Shown here: piece by piece, positions 19,678 to 29,104 of the stretch
Numbering within the stretch: position 1 is the first letter of the stretch
Layout: every line of letters starts with the position of its first letter
Origin: an uncultured Pseudomonadales bacterium
Lineage (GTDB): Bacteria > Patescibacteriota > Microgenomatia > UBA1400 > MFAQ01
Reading direction: 5' to 3'
Length of the DNA stretch: 64,000 nt
Assembly: GCA_964357975.1 (NCBI GenBank)
Contig: CAYHNG010000001.1
Location: 47,007-111,006, forward strand
Position numbers and translations under genes: made by a program
The notes under the pieces: generated by a model
What the model saw: the letters and a program-made list of their open reading frames with translations, nothing else
What the model was told of the DNA's origin: nothing
Database searches by the model: none

Positions 19678-20595
19678 TCATCTTTTAATATACGACCAGT
19701 TCAGCTTTCCTGTTAACAGATATTCGATGCCGTCCGCAAACCCTAGCCAATATAACTTTATTAAGTCGAATCTAAATTCCCTCAAGACCAATAGGGAATA
19801 AGTGAGCGGCCAGAACCAGGAGAAAATGAGAGCATAAATTATTTTTTGGATGAAACTCCCATAACGAGCCACTATCACGGTTCTATTTCTCATGAGACAG
19901 TAGGCTTTTTGCTCGAACATTCCACCCATGCCTCTCGGCTTGAGATCATCATTTTTGTTCGTTTGGTGATAGGTGACCGCGCCGGACACTATTCCGCACC
20001 CATACCCCGATCTCTTGGCATGGAGGGCAAAGTCAGGTTCCGTAAAGGTCTGGACCAAACCTTCATCAAAGTATCCACACTTGGCAAATACCTCTGCTCT
20101 AATCATAAATACATTTGGGACTCCATCCGAATTTGACACCTTATGATTAGTTTCATTGATATGACCGGTTGTTTTTCCGGTAAACATATTGATTGTTTGA
20201 AAATCTAAATATTTTTTTCCGTTAGCGTAACTCATGGATGGTCCAATAATGCCATAGTCGGGATATTTTTCTGCAAAATAAATTAGTTTGGAGACCATCT
20301 TCGGATCAACAAGATTGTCATCGTCCACAAATAAAATATATTTGCCCCTTGCTTTCTTTGCACCAATATTTCGACTCTTAACCATCATCATTTGCTTTCT
20401 TTGATGTAGGACTGTAACGTGTGCTATATATGCCTTCAGGTCACCCGTGGTGATATCTTTGGTCTCATCAGTGGAACTGTCATCAACCACAATAAGCTCA
20501 GTATGTTTGGGAAGACTTGACATTTGCAAAGATTTTAGGCAGCCAATTAAATCCTGATAACGATTTCTGGTAGTGATAACAATACTCAAGATCAT
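19678..20595 (-). CDS. Glycosyltransferase family 2
   Basis: ILSIVITTRNR...LIVVDDSSTD...ILFVDDDN. The track start at 20625 is a TTG; the ATG at 20595 forms an ATGA overlap with the upstream gene. Confidence 0.85.
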   Translation of the reverse strand: MILSIVITTRNRYQDLIGCLKSLQMSSLPKHTELIVVDDSSTDETKDITTGDLKAYIAHVTVLHQRKQMMMVKSRNIGAKKARGKYILFVDDDNLVDPKMVSKLIYFAEKYPDYGIIGPSMSYANGKKYLDFQTINMFTGKTTGHINETNHKVSNSDGVPNVFMIRAEVFAKCGYFDEGLVQTFTEPDFALHAKRSGYGCGIVSGAVTYHQTNKNDDLKPRGMGGMFEQKAYCLMRNRTVIVARYGSFIQKIIYALIFSWFWPLTYSLLVLREFRFDLIKLYWLGFADGIEYLLTGKLNWSYIKR

Positions 20596-21566
20596 TTGAT
20601 AGCCGTTACCTTGATCATGGGCCAAAATAATCTACTATTAACCGCTAACCAATTAAATATTGGTCTGATCGGCTTTGGTAAGAACGCGAACTGTAAAGAG
20701 ATCTTAAAACGATCTACCCCGACTTCTTTGAAACCCGATTTCTTATGAATCCGGGTCAGTGTTGTGCCAAGAAATGACATCTCGTAACCAAATATCATGT
20801 GTCGGCCACGCAACAGTTTAATGTGAATAAATTCAGCCAACTGTCTTAATATCGGCATGTTCGGAATGTTTCCCCACAGTTGACGGTATGACAGAGAAGC
20901 AAGATTCAGATAAGGAACGGTGTTAATAGCGTATCCGCCGACCTTGAGGACTCTATACATTTCATCAACTGCCATTTTCGTATTCTTAAAATGTTCAATC
21001 ACTCCACCTCCATAGATTGCATCGATAGTATTGTCCTTTAGGGGAAGGTGAAGAATATTCCCTTGAATCAAGATAAAATTTTTGATTTTATTTTCTAATA
21101 ATAGCTGTTGGGCCACTAATAAGGCTGACATGCTTAAGTCTATGCCAATTATTAATCCAAATGACGAGGCAACTTCTTGTCCTAAAAAGAAATTTCCACA
21201 CCCGATCTCTAAATAAGTATTGGTTTTTTGTTTCTTTAAATCGAACGGGAACACACCCAGCACATCTTTCAGATAATTTTTTTTGTAGTAACTTAACTCT
21301 GCCTTATATTTCTTTTCATCCTTTTGTTCCTCATAGAAATCGTCCCACTTTTGGGAGGACAAGGTTAAATCATCACTGAGTGTTTCGGCAAAGGAAAGTA
21401 TGTTGCCAATCCTTTTCCCCAGTACAGATCTGCATGAACGGCACCGGATGATATTCTTGACTGTGATTTCAATATCTCCTTCACATCGCGGACAAAATAG
21501 GATACTTAATTTTTTATCTTGCATCTCTGAAAATTGAGTTGAGACCATTGTTGACAACAAGTTCAT
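20592..21566 (-). CDS. Class I SAM-dependent methyltransferase with an N-terminal Trm112-like zinc ribbon
   Basis: CPRCEG...CRSCRS ribbon at the N-terminus; LEIGCGNFFLG (motif I); IDAIYGGGVIEHF; VLKVGGY. The start may be an internal Met (21548 or 21524), which would reduce the 53-nt overlap with the FkbM gene. Confidence 0.75.
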   Translation of the reverse strand: MNLLSTMVSTQFSEMQDKKLSILFCPRCEGDIEITVKNIIRCRSCRSVLGKRIGNILSFAETLSDDLTLSSQKWDDFYEEQKDEKKYKAELSYYKKNYLKDVLGVFPFDLKKQKTNTYLEIGCGNFFLGQEVASSFGLIIGIDLSMSALLVAQQLLLENKIKNFILIQGNILHLPLKDNTIDAIYGGGVIEHFKNTKMAVDEMYRVLKVGGYAINTVPYLNLASLSYRQLWGNIPNMPILRQLAEFIHIKLLRGRHMIFGYEMSFLGTTLTRIHKKSGFKEVGVDRFKISLQFAFLPKPIRPIFNWLAVNSRLFWPMIKVTAIK

Positions 21567-22224
21567 ATTGATTGTTAATAAGCAGTCTCAAAATTTGTGA
21601 TTCACCACCGGTATTGTTCTGGGTGACATTTTCAATACAGATTACTTTTGGTCTGAATTTTTTCCAGTCGTTACTTTGGAGAATAATAAGGTCGTAACCT
21701 TCTGTATCGACCGATAGGAAGTCGATTTTGTTTGCTTTATATTTCCTAAACAAATCTTTCATGGGTATTGTGTCAATATTCTTGATACTTTCAATGTCGA
21801 AGCCCTGTTTGACATAGTTGTCGGCTTCTTTTTTGGAGAAAGTGGAAAGCGTGTCGGTGTAGAAATTATAAAACGAAAGCTTGCCTTGTGAGCCACTAAT
21901 ACCACAGTATATATTTGTGTCTCTAGGACGAACCCTGTTAAGCTTCATATATTTGCGCATGTTTGGCTCAACATTTATCCCCCTCCATCCCTTTTGGTAG
22001 AACCTGAAGGTATTATTAAACCGAACAGGGTCGTTTGCTCCAATATCTACATAGAAACCCTTTTTTTTACCCCCTATAACCTTATCTATCAAGAGGTCTT
22101 CCTGTCTTTGACTGTATGACCTAAGAAATAATCTGTAATAGATGACGTATTTTACTTCACTATACAAATACTGAAGTGATTTCCACAGACCATAGTGATA
22201 TATTTTTTTAATTGTGTTTTTCAT
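21514..22224 (-). CDS. FkbM-family methyltransferase
   Basis: GFYVDIGANDP...FLSVDTEGYDLIIL matches the FkbM domain signature. Confidence 0.8.
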   Translation of the reverse strand: MKNTIKKIYHYGLWKSLQYLYSEVKYVIYYRLFLRSYSQRQEDLLIDKVIGGKKKGFYVDIGANDPVRFNNTFRFYQKGWRGINVEPNMRKYMKLNRVRPRDTNIYCGISGSQGKLSFYNFYTDTLSTFSKKEADNYVKQGFDIESIKNIDTIPMKDLFRKYKANKIDFLSVDTEGYDLIILQSNDWKKFRPKVICIENVTQNNTGGESQILRLLINNQYELVVNNGLNSIFRDAR

Positions 22225-23362
22225 TTAGAGCTTGCGAGAATATCTGTTTCCAGGAAAGAGATTTGGCGTAAGTAGTTGTGTTTTTGCTTAAAATTTCCAG
22301 TTTTGTTTTGTCTTTTAAAATATCAACTATATCTTTACTTAGGTCGTTTCTTATTATAGCCCCACAACCGTTGTGGACTATCTCATTTGCATTGTATGGA
22401 ACATCCGATACGAGCACCGGTAAACCGCAGGCGAGATAGAGCTTTAGCTTGGCTGGATCGGCGAAATATGTAAAGGAGAGGTGGCCTTTATCGTCGTACT
22501 TTTCGTATGGCGCGATTGCTAGAGAGTATTGTGGTAGTTGTTTCTCGATATCCCGGTGATCCTTAATATACCCTTTGAACTCTATGAATTTGGATACATT
22601 TAGATTGGCGGCTAGTTCTTTCAAGGTATCTAAGTAATCTCCCCCGCCAAAAACTACGAACTTAAAGTTAGGGATATTTTTGGTTATGCTTGGGATTTCT
22701 TTTATGACATCTTGAATTCCCTGCTTTTTGGTAATATGTCCCATGAAGACGAGTGAGTTAGGAATTTTTTTAACACTCGGATTGAGGCGTTCTGTCCAAA
22801 CACCGACTGGCACTACTTTCTGATGACCACCGGTGAAGCCAAAATATTTTTTTCTGCCCCACTCCATGCGAGGTGAAAGGTTCCAGGTTTCATCGGCGTG
22901 TCTGACACAGAACTGATCTATTTTATGGTAGATGTAGTTTAGAACTTTGTTCTCGAAACGGTAGGGGTTGTAATCAATGACATAATAGATTACTTTCTTG
23001 ACGTGTCCCAGCTTTTTGAGAATAATTCCAGCTAAAGCATTGAGGTTGTCACTACCCACAAACAAATCCCATTGCTCGCCACTCTGCAAAACCCATTTAA
23101 CCGTGAGCCAGACGTCTTTGAAATAGGAAATTATTGCCGCTGTTTTCTTAATTTGGGAATAATCTTCAACTATCAGTTTGCCTTTAATGTATTTTTCAAA
23201 ACCTGACCCCTTGAGTTTCTTGTCAAAAAACAATGGGTGACCGATAAACAAAAGATTCTCTATAGTTTCTCCGTTTAGATAGTCCTTCAAGTCCTGAGCC
23301 GGGCCTGTTGTGTAAACATGCGTGGCTATAACTGCGGAAGATAAGGGAAGTTTTCTGTTCAC
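22208..23362 (-). CDS. Glycosyltransferase, GT-B fold (GT4-like)
   Basis: C-terminal LVFMGHITKKQG...FKFVVFGGG...GLPVLVSD. GTG start. Confidence 0.7.
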   Translation of the reverse strand: MNRKLPLSSAVIATHVYTTGPAQDLKDYLNGETIENLLFIGHPLFFDKKLKGSGFEKYIKGKLIVEDYSQIKKTAAIISYFKDVWLTVKWVLQSGEQWDLFVGSDNLNALAGIILKKLGHVKKVIYYVIDYNPYRFENKVLNYIYHKIDQFCVRHADETWNLSPRMEWGRKKYFGFTGGHQKVVPVGVWTERLNPSVKKIPNSLVFMGHITKKQGIQDVIKEIPSITKNIPNFKFVVFGGGDYLDTLKELAANLNVSKFIEFKGYIKDHRDIEKQLPQYSLAIAPYEKYDDKGHLSFTYFADPAKLKLYLACGLPVLVSDVPYNANEIVHNGCGAIIRNDLSKDIVDILKDKTKLEILSKNTTTYAKSLSWKQIFSQALNEKHN

Positions 23363-23374
23363 AGTTGTTGGGTA

Positions 23375-24310
23375 TTAGTTCTTGAGGTTGTGAAGAAACC
23401 AGTCGTATTCTATACCGATTCCCTTTTCTAGTTCCATTTGAGGTTTCCAACCAAGCGAGAGAAGTTTAGAAACATCTAACAATTTTTTGGGGGTACCGTC
23501 CGGTTTGGTTGAGTCCCAAACTATTTTCCCTTTGAAACCGACGATTTTTTTGATAATTTGGGCAAGCTCTTTAATTTTGAGATCCACTCCAGTGCCAATG
23601 TTGATGATTTCTGAGTTATCATAATGCTCCATAAGATAGACACAAGCGTCTGCCATATCATCGACGTAAAGAAATTCTCGATAGACGTTTCCCGTTCCCC
23701 ACAATACAACCTCTTTTTTATGCCCAATTTTGGCATCATGGAATTTACGGATTAAGGCAGGAAGGACGTGAGAACTATTTAAGTCAAAGTTGTCATGTGG
23801 TCCGTAAAGATTCGTAGGCATGACAGAAATGAAATTAGTTCCATATTGCTCGTTGTAGCTTTGGCACATCTTGATACCGGCAATCTTGGAAATAGCATAA
23901 GCGTCATTAGTCTCTTCTAATGGCCCGGTAAGAAGATAAGATTCTTTGATTGGCTGTTTGGCTAGCTTAGGATAAATGCAAGAGCTCCCCAGAAACATTA
24001 GTTTCTTCACTTTATTCTTCCATGAAGCATGGATAACATTGTTTTGGATCTGAAGATTATCATAGATAAAATCAGCTTTCCTTGTTTTGTTGGCCATAAT
24101 TCCACCAACTAAAGCCGCAGCCAAAAAAACATATTCCGGTTTTTCTTTTTCAAAAAAATTTTCGACTTGTACCGAACTTTCTAAATCCAGTTCAGATCTT
24201 TTCCTAGTGATGATATTGGTATAACCATTTTTTATCAAAGACCGAACGATAGCGGTCCCAACTAAACCACTTTGACCTCCGGCAACAAAAATCTTGGCGT
24301 CTTTCTTCAT
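23375..24310 (-). CDS. fcl: GDP-L-fucose synthase (GDP-4-keto-6-deoxymannose 3,5-epimerase/4-reductase)
   Basis: [28 protein letters not shown], and an overall SDR-extended layout typical of Fcl/WcaG. Start taken at the ATG at 24310 ([14 protein letters not shown] overlap) rather than the track start at 24322. Confidence 0.9.
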   Translation of the reverse strand: MKKDAKIFVAGGQSGLVGTAIVRSLIKNGYTNIITRKRSELDLESSVQVENFFEKEKPEYVFLAAALVGGIMANKTRKADFIYDNLQIQNNVIHASWKNKVKKLMFLGSSCIYPKLAKQPIKESYLLTGPLEETNDAYAISKIAGIKMCQSYNEQYGTNFISVMPTNLYGPHDNFDLNSSHVLPALIRKFHDAKIGHKKEVVLWGTGNVYREFLYVDDMADACVYLMEHYDNSEIINIGTGVDLKIKELAQIIKKIVGFKGKIVWDSTKPDGTPKKLLDVSKLLSLGWKPQMELEKGIGIEYDWFLHNLKN

Positions 24311-25335
24311 TATTGTTTCCATTTTTCACGGCTGGATTCCGCTGGAGCAATCTTACCTCTAATCCAACCATAAATATATATAAATAGGGTAGCATAGCAG
24401 GCAATGGGGTGGAAGAGCCATGCCGAATCTGGTTTTCTGATATATCCTATGACCGTCTGGTAAAGTATGGGGAAAATTAGAATACATGAAAAGACGAACT
24501 TGAGGATACCCGTCATAAATGATCCTTCCCAATCCACATCTCTATTCTTCTTGGCTTTGTGAAAGGACATATCGTTAATGCGGCGGAACTGTTTACGGAA
24601 GAACTTGGCGGCGTCGTTTTCGACGAAAGTGTGAATAATGCCGGTATCTACTTTGGCAACTTTGATTTCACCTTCTGAGCGGATTAGTTTAAGAAGAATA
24701 TCGATGTCAAATAAATAATCTGACTGTTTGGTGGCTTTTTGGAGATATTCTTTTCGAAAAATGGTGCCATTAGCACCGATGGTGGGTATGGGCTGGTGAT
24801 TGAGGGTTATTTCCAGATAGCCATTTTTCTGTACTTCAGGAAATTTGAGATCTGTCCAACGATTTGTAATATACGAAAAACGATCGTAGTTACCAATGAA
24901 GAGACAAATGGGATCGTTCATACCCAATAAGGCGAAATAGCGCGTAAGTAATGGATCTTGCCGGCGGTAGGTATAGCGAATTGGTTCGGAAACAATAATG
25001 CTCTTGTTGGTAAAAGGTTTCACCATATCGGAGAGCCAATGACTATTGGGGAGAATGTTGTCTGAATCGATAAGAGCAATAAGGTCACCTTTAGCAGCTT
25101 TCACAGCTACGGCTTTGCCGGACTCGCCGGTTCTTAATTTGTTTGGGATAACGGTCGCTCCGTACTTTTTAGCTAAACTAACAGTATTGTCCGTCGACCC
25201 TCCGTCCCCAATTAGAATTTCAATTTTTGTTTTCGGATATTTTTGAATAGAGATGGACTTTAGGCATTTTTCCAGGACTAAACCTGAGTTCAAGGTGGGG
25301 ATGACAATGGAGATGGAGGGATGTGATGGTTTCAA
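24310..25335 (-). CDS. Glycosyltransferase family 2
   Basis: [11 protein letters not shown]...GDGGSTD...IDSDN, with a C-terminal TM anchor. TTG start at 25335. Confidence 0.85.
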   Translation of the reverse strand: MKPSHPSISIVIPTLNSGLVLEKCLKSISIQKYPKTKIEILIGDGGSTDNTVSLAKKYGATVIPNKLRTGESGKAVAVKAAKGDLIALIDSDNILPNSHWLSDMVKPFTNKSIIVSEPIRYTYRRQDPLLTRYFALLGMNDPICLFIGNYDRFSYITNRWTDLKFPEVQKNGYLEITLNHQPIPTIGANGTIFRKEYLQKATKQSDYLFDIDILLKLIRSEGEIKVAKVDTGIIHTFVENDAAKFFRKQFRRINDMSFHKAKKNRDVDWEGSFMTGILKFVFSCILIFPILYQTVIGYIRKPDSAWLFHPIACYATLFIYIYGWIRGKIAPAESSREKWKQ

Positions 25336-25364
25336 AGTTATTGGTTGTTGGTTTTTCCCAGATA

Positions 25365-25389
25365 GATCCCCGCCTTCGCGAGGATGACA
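25365..25389. repeat. Hairpin repeat copy R1 (GATCCCCGCCTTCGCGAGGATGACA), intergenic between the radical SAM and GT2 genes
   Basis: Identical 25-mer to 44896-44920. Forms a UUCG/CUUC-loop hairpin that is more stable on the minus-strand RNA (G-U in place of C-A). Confidence 0.8.
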
Positions 25390-25403
25390 TAGTAGATTAC
25401 TTG

Positions 25404-27035
25404 TTAGTCGCTCAATACATCTCCGTGTTGGCCGAGTTGTTTGGGCGAAAAGTCCATCATGTGTCCGAGAAAGCGCCAGCCGGCCATGAAGAGGAATTTG
25501 ATATCATCCAGATGTCTGATCTCGGTGATTTTTCTTAACATGAATTTGGGACTAAGAAAAGATTTGTAGAGGTCTTGGGTTAGTTCCAACACCTGTTTCT
25601 CGGTAAGTGAAGATTTCATTACCGGCTTTCTCATGTCGTAATCATCGTAGTCTTCTGACAAAAGCCAACCCTTTTCTTTACACTCTTTCCATAGCGGGGT
25701 GCCGGGATAGGGAATCACCACAGTGGCTTGCAAGGTGTCGACATAACCTTTTTCAAAACATTTCTTGGCCAGATCGACCGTGTTCCTGGCATCCTCGTAA
25801 GTTTCCCATGGGTAGCCCATCATAATAGTGAGGTGCGGGTCTAGTCCGCCCTTCTTGGCCATGCGGACACCTTCTTCGATTTGCTCTACCTTAAGCCCTT
25901 TATCGAGATGATCTAAGGTATATTGATTGGCGGACTCCATACCATAAAGGATGAAACGGAAGTTGGCTTTGCCCATTAAATCGTAATGCTCTTGCTTGAG
26001 AGCGTTGAGACGCATATTGCACCCATAGACGACTTTCTTACTGTAGCCGGACTCGATCATCATGTTACAAAAGTCAGTCAGGGGTTTGCCGATCATAAAA
26101 GTACCGGCGTCATCAAAAATTTCCTTAACATGATACTTGTCCACGACATATTTGACTTCATCAAAAAGACGCTGTGGAGTAAACCTGCGGTATGACCCAA
26201 CCGGGTTGATGGTGTGATCCCAAACACAGAAAGTGCAACGATTCCACCAACAGTCACGACCGGAGTACATATAGGTAGCGGGGGTGTACTTGTAGTTGCC
26301 GTTGTAGACCGAATAAAGTTCCCACTTAGTTAAATCACGGTCGACAAAAGGCAACTCGTTTAGATCGTGGGCGATGCTGGGTTTGCCGGAGTTGGCATAA
26401 ACCGCCTTACCCTTTCGCTTGATTGTTTCCACCGGTTTTTGTTTGATCCGCTTGTCACCCATGCGCCACCAAACACCCGCCTCTAAAGGCGTGGGTGGGG
26501 TGAGATCCCTCGACTGCGCTCGGGATGACGAAGTAAGGTGGTCGAGCAAGCTCACAATGACGAAGTCATAATCTCCACCGGTGATCAGGTAGTCGGCTTT
26601 GCTGTGATCCATCATTTCTTCCGGAGTAAAGGTAATGTGATCCCCTACCCAAACCAAAAGGAGTTTAGGAAGTTCTTTTTTGAGAAGCTTGGTGATTTCC
26701 CAATGCTTCTTGATGATCGGAGACTTGGTCTCCACCATCAAAACATCGGGTTTAAATTGTTTTAATTCTTTCAACCACTGCTCAAAAGTCTGCTCCTCCG
26801 CTATACCATCCATCCATTTGACCTTGTAGCCATGAGCAGCTGCATTGGAGGCGGCATAAGCCGGAACCATAGGATAAATGTAGGTCTTGGCGTTGAAGTA
26901 CTGGAACTGACGGTTTTGAGACAGCAGCATGACACCTTTGTCGGAAGGCATGGGAGGGTAGCCTACAACAAGCCTTAAGGGCTTGTTGGTGTTTAGTGCT
27001 AAGGGCTTGGTAACTTTTTTGGTTTTTTTTAACAT
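25404..27035 (-). CDS. B12-binding-domain radical SAM enzyme with a non-canonical Cx4CxxC cluster motif
   Basis: N-terminal Rossmann-like B12 domain. The cluster motif YSGRDCWWNRCTFCV has C-x4-C-x2-C spacing. Carries an in-frame copy of the hairpin repeat, encoding SSSRAQSRDLT in the interdomain linker. Confidence 0.75.
   Translation of the reverse strand: MLKKTKKVTKPLALNTNKPLRLVVGYPPMPSDKGVMLLSQNRQFQYFNAKTYIYPMVPAYAASNAAAHGYKVKWMDGIAEEQTFEQWLKELKQFKPDVLMVETKSPIIKKHWEITKLLKKELPKLLLVWVGDHITFTPEEMMDHSKADYLITGGDYDFVIVSLLDHLTSSSRAQSRDLTPPTPLEAGVWWRMGDKRIKQKPVETIKRKGKAVYANSGKPSIAHDLNELPFVDRDLTKWELYSVYNGNYKYTPATYMYSGRDCWWNRCTFCVWDHTINPVGSYRRFTPQRLFDEVKYVVDKYHVKEIFDDAGTFMIGKPLTDFCNMMIESGYSKKVVYGCNMRLNALKQEHYDLMGKANFRFILYGMESANQYTLDHLDKGLKVEQIEEGVRMAKKGGLDPHLTIMMGYPWETYEDARNTVDLAKKCFEKGYVDTLQATVVIPYPGTPLWKECKEKGWLLSEDYDDYDMRKPVMKSSLTEKQVLELTQDLYKSFLSPKFMLRKITEIRHLDDIKFLFMAGWRFLGHMMDFSPKQLGQHGDVLSD
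26500..26533. repeat. Hairpin repeat copy R2 (GTGAGATccctcgactgcgctcgggATGACGAAG), in-frame inside the radical SAM CDS
   Basis: GTGAGAT and ATGACGA termini shared with R3, R4 and R6. The minus strand encodes SSSRAQSRDLT. Confidence 0.7.
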
Positions 27036-27054
27036 TTATTTTTATGTTAGTAGT

Positions 27055-27088
27055 GTGAGATTCCTCCACTTCGGTCGGAATGACAAGG
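27055..27088. repeat. Hairpin repeat copy R3 (GTGAGATtcctccacttcggtcggaATGACAAGG), intergenic between the ferredoxin and radical SAM genes
   Basis: C(UUCG)G tetraloop hairpin flanked by GTGAGAT and ATGACA; 22 of 27 internal positions match R6. Confidence 0.75.
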
Positions 27089-27089
27089 T

Positions 27090-27356
27090 TTATGGAAAAA
27101 TTTGTTTACCGGAAGAGTCTCTAATAAATATAGCAAGAATGGGACAAGATCTGGCGGCTTCTTTCACTTTCTCCAATGAGTCCCCGTCCGGATCGAGAAT
27201 AATCGCTTTGCCGTCTGTATCTCGCAGAAAAAAGGTTAAGGGTGCAACAATGGAACAAGGACCGGCAGAGATGCACTTGTTTAGATCAACTGTAATAATA
27301 TACCCATCTTTTCGGACTGCTTCGCTTTTATCTTCAGTAGTGTTAACTTGGACCAT
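27090..27356 (-). CDS. Small ferredoxin-like protein (3-Cys Fer4_13/15 type)
   Basis: 88 aa; C-x-x-A-x-x-C ... C-P pattern (KCISAGPCSIVAP ... SCPILAI). TAATG-coupled to the upstream GT2 gene. Confidence 0.55.
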   Translation of the reverse strand: MVQVNTTEDKSEAVRKDGYIITVDLNKCISAGPCSIVAPLTFFLRDTDGKAIILDPDGDSLEKVKEAARSCPILAIFIRDSSGKQIFP

Positions 27357-28399
27357 TATTGTATTAGTTTATCAGTAAACAAGAATCCTTGAAGGAAACG
27401 GACCCCGTACCAAAGATGAGTGATGAAGATAATGGGGATGGAAAGAAGAGTCTGAACGAGGATAGATATCAGATCTCGGTTCTCAGATCTCAGTTTCTTG
27501 TGTTGAACAATAGTGTTGAGGATCCAGAGGGAGTTGAGGGAGAGAATAAGAAAATAGAGAGCAAAAGAGTAGATACCAACACTACGGAGGAGAGTTATTG
27601 GTTGGAGAAATGACAATGGGAGGGAGAGTATCAAAAATAAAAAACCGAAAAGGAGGAGTGTGGGGAGGAAGTAGATGGGCCTGAGGGAAGTTTCCGGGAG
27701 AATGCGAGCAAAAAAACCTCGATGAAGACCGAAGTTACCGTTTTGTCGAAGGTGAGGAAGTAGGATGGGACGACGGTGATGATAGACGATCGACTTCGGT
27801 TCGTAAATAATTTTTTTATTTAGTTTGTGAGTAAGGTCTAAACAAAGTTTGGTATCCTCGCCCGGCCAAAAGTTGGAGTCATAGCCACCAACCTTCATGA
27901 AATCTGTTTTGCGAACAGCCAGATTCATGGAAGGATAATCGTCAACGTACTGTTTTTTACCAGGAAGAAAGCGGTAGGTATATGGACCGGCACCGATGGG
28001 AGACGCCGACGCCCACCCGGAAGCCTCCTCTCGCCAGCTAACTACCTGAGGAGTCACGCCCGGTCCGCCAACCCCAGCAATCTCGGCTTTTTGAAAATGA
28101 GGGACGAGACTGGCTAGCCAACTCTTGCTAGGAAATGCATCGTCATCGATGAAAGCCAAAATCTCTCCTTTGGCCATCTTAGCTCCGGCATCTCGTTTCT
28201 CCGCCGGCCCGACATAATGGCCATATGATTTTTGGCGAAGTTTAGGATAATCCAGATCTACATGGTAGTCGCAGACCAAAATAATTTCGAAGTTTTTGTA
28301 GGTTTGTTTCTCGATGGAGTCAAGACACTCGATCAGATACGGGTTCTTTTTTTTGTAATCGATGACGATGACGGAGACTAGGGGAGGTTTACGGTTCAT
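27356..28399 (-). CDS. Glycosyltransferase family 2 with a C-terminal membrane anchor
   Basis: LVSVIVIDYKKKN...ILAFIDDDAFP, then about four TM helices. Confidence 0.8.
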   Translation of the reverse strand: MNRKPPLVSVIVIDYKKKNPYLIECLDSIEKQTYKNFEIILVCDYHVDLDYPKLRQKSYGHYVGPAEKRDAGAKMAKGEILAFIDDDAFPSKSWLASLVPHFQKAEIAGVGGPGVTPQVVSWREEASGWASASPIGAGPYTYRFLPGKKQYVDDYPSMNLAVRKTDFMKVGGYDSNFWPGEDTKLCLDLTHKLNKKIIYEPKSIVYHHRRPILLPHLRQNGNFGLHRGFFARILPETSLRPIYFLPTLLLFGFLFLILSLPLSFLQPITLLRSVGIYSFALYFLILSLNSLWILNTIVQHKKLRSENRDLISILVQTLLSIPIIFITHLWYGVRFLQGFLFTDKLIQ

Positions 28400-28462
28400 G
28401 GTTATTTGACAAATGTTGATTGTAACTGTATTATCTATTTAGTTAATCTCGCGGATGGGTGT

Positions 28463-29104
28463 TTACACCGGTTCAGCGAGATTTTCGCGTTTTAGCTTCA
28501 CCCAACTGGTTTTATATACCTTGACTTTCTTGGAAATAATACGAAAGAAGTTAGACCTTTTTGTAATTCTCGCTAAATAGCTTCCTGAGACCATGTCAGC
28601 ACAATTTACCGCCCTTTCTCTCTGGCTGTCAACGTGTCTTATCTTTGCGATTCTCGGATATTTACGGAAGATGTATTCATTAAACTCGTTTTGAGATCTC
28701 TCATTGTGGAAATGTCGGTCAAATGTAATCTCCATTTCGGACTTGTTGAATGATTTCATTACTTTGTTGATTAGTTTACTAGCCGCCATCGAATAGTTTA
28801 GAGGGCTATCCTGAACTTTCTTGTTACTCTTGTTTATTTCCAAGACGTAAACTTTAATCTCAAGATTACTAAGCTCCGTCAAATATTTGGTTTTGATATT
28901 ATCACTAGCTTTGTAATACTTTATTTCAGACATTATTTTATGTTTTCTACTTGATGACTTTCTAAGTTTGTTGGCTATTCCCACGAGGTCTCCTTGCTCT
29001 CTTGTTGCTACAGCACCGAGTATAAAATATTTATCTCTAGTGTCCGGTAATGTCCCCGACTCATCAATAAAGATATATATTTTCTTCTTGTGAGCAGGTG
29101 TCAT
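28463..29104 (-). CDS. DUF3800-family protein
   Basis: N-terminal IYIFIDESG motif characteristic of DUF3800. ATGA overlap with the upstream GT2 gene. Confidence 0.5.
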   Translation of the reverse strand: MTPAHKKKIYIFIDESGTLPDTRDKYFILGAVATREQGDLVGIANKLRKSSSRKHKIMSEIKYYKASDNIKTKYLTELSNLEIKVYVLEINKSNKKVQDSPLNYSMAASKLINKVMKSFNKSEMEITFDRHFHNERSQNEFNEYIFRKYPRIAKIRHVDSQRERAVNCADMVSGSYLARITKRSNFFRIISKKVKVYKTSWVKLKRENLAEPV

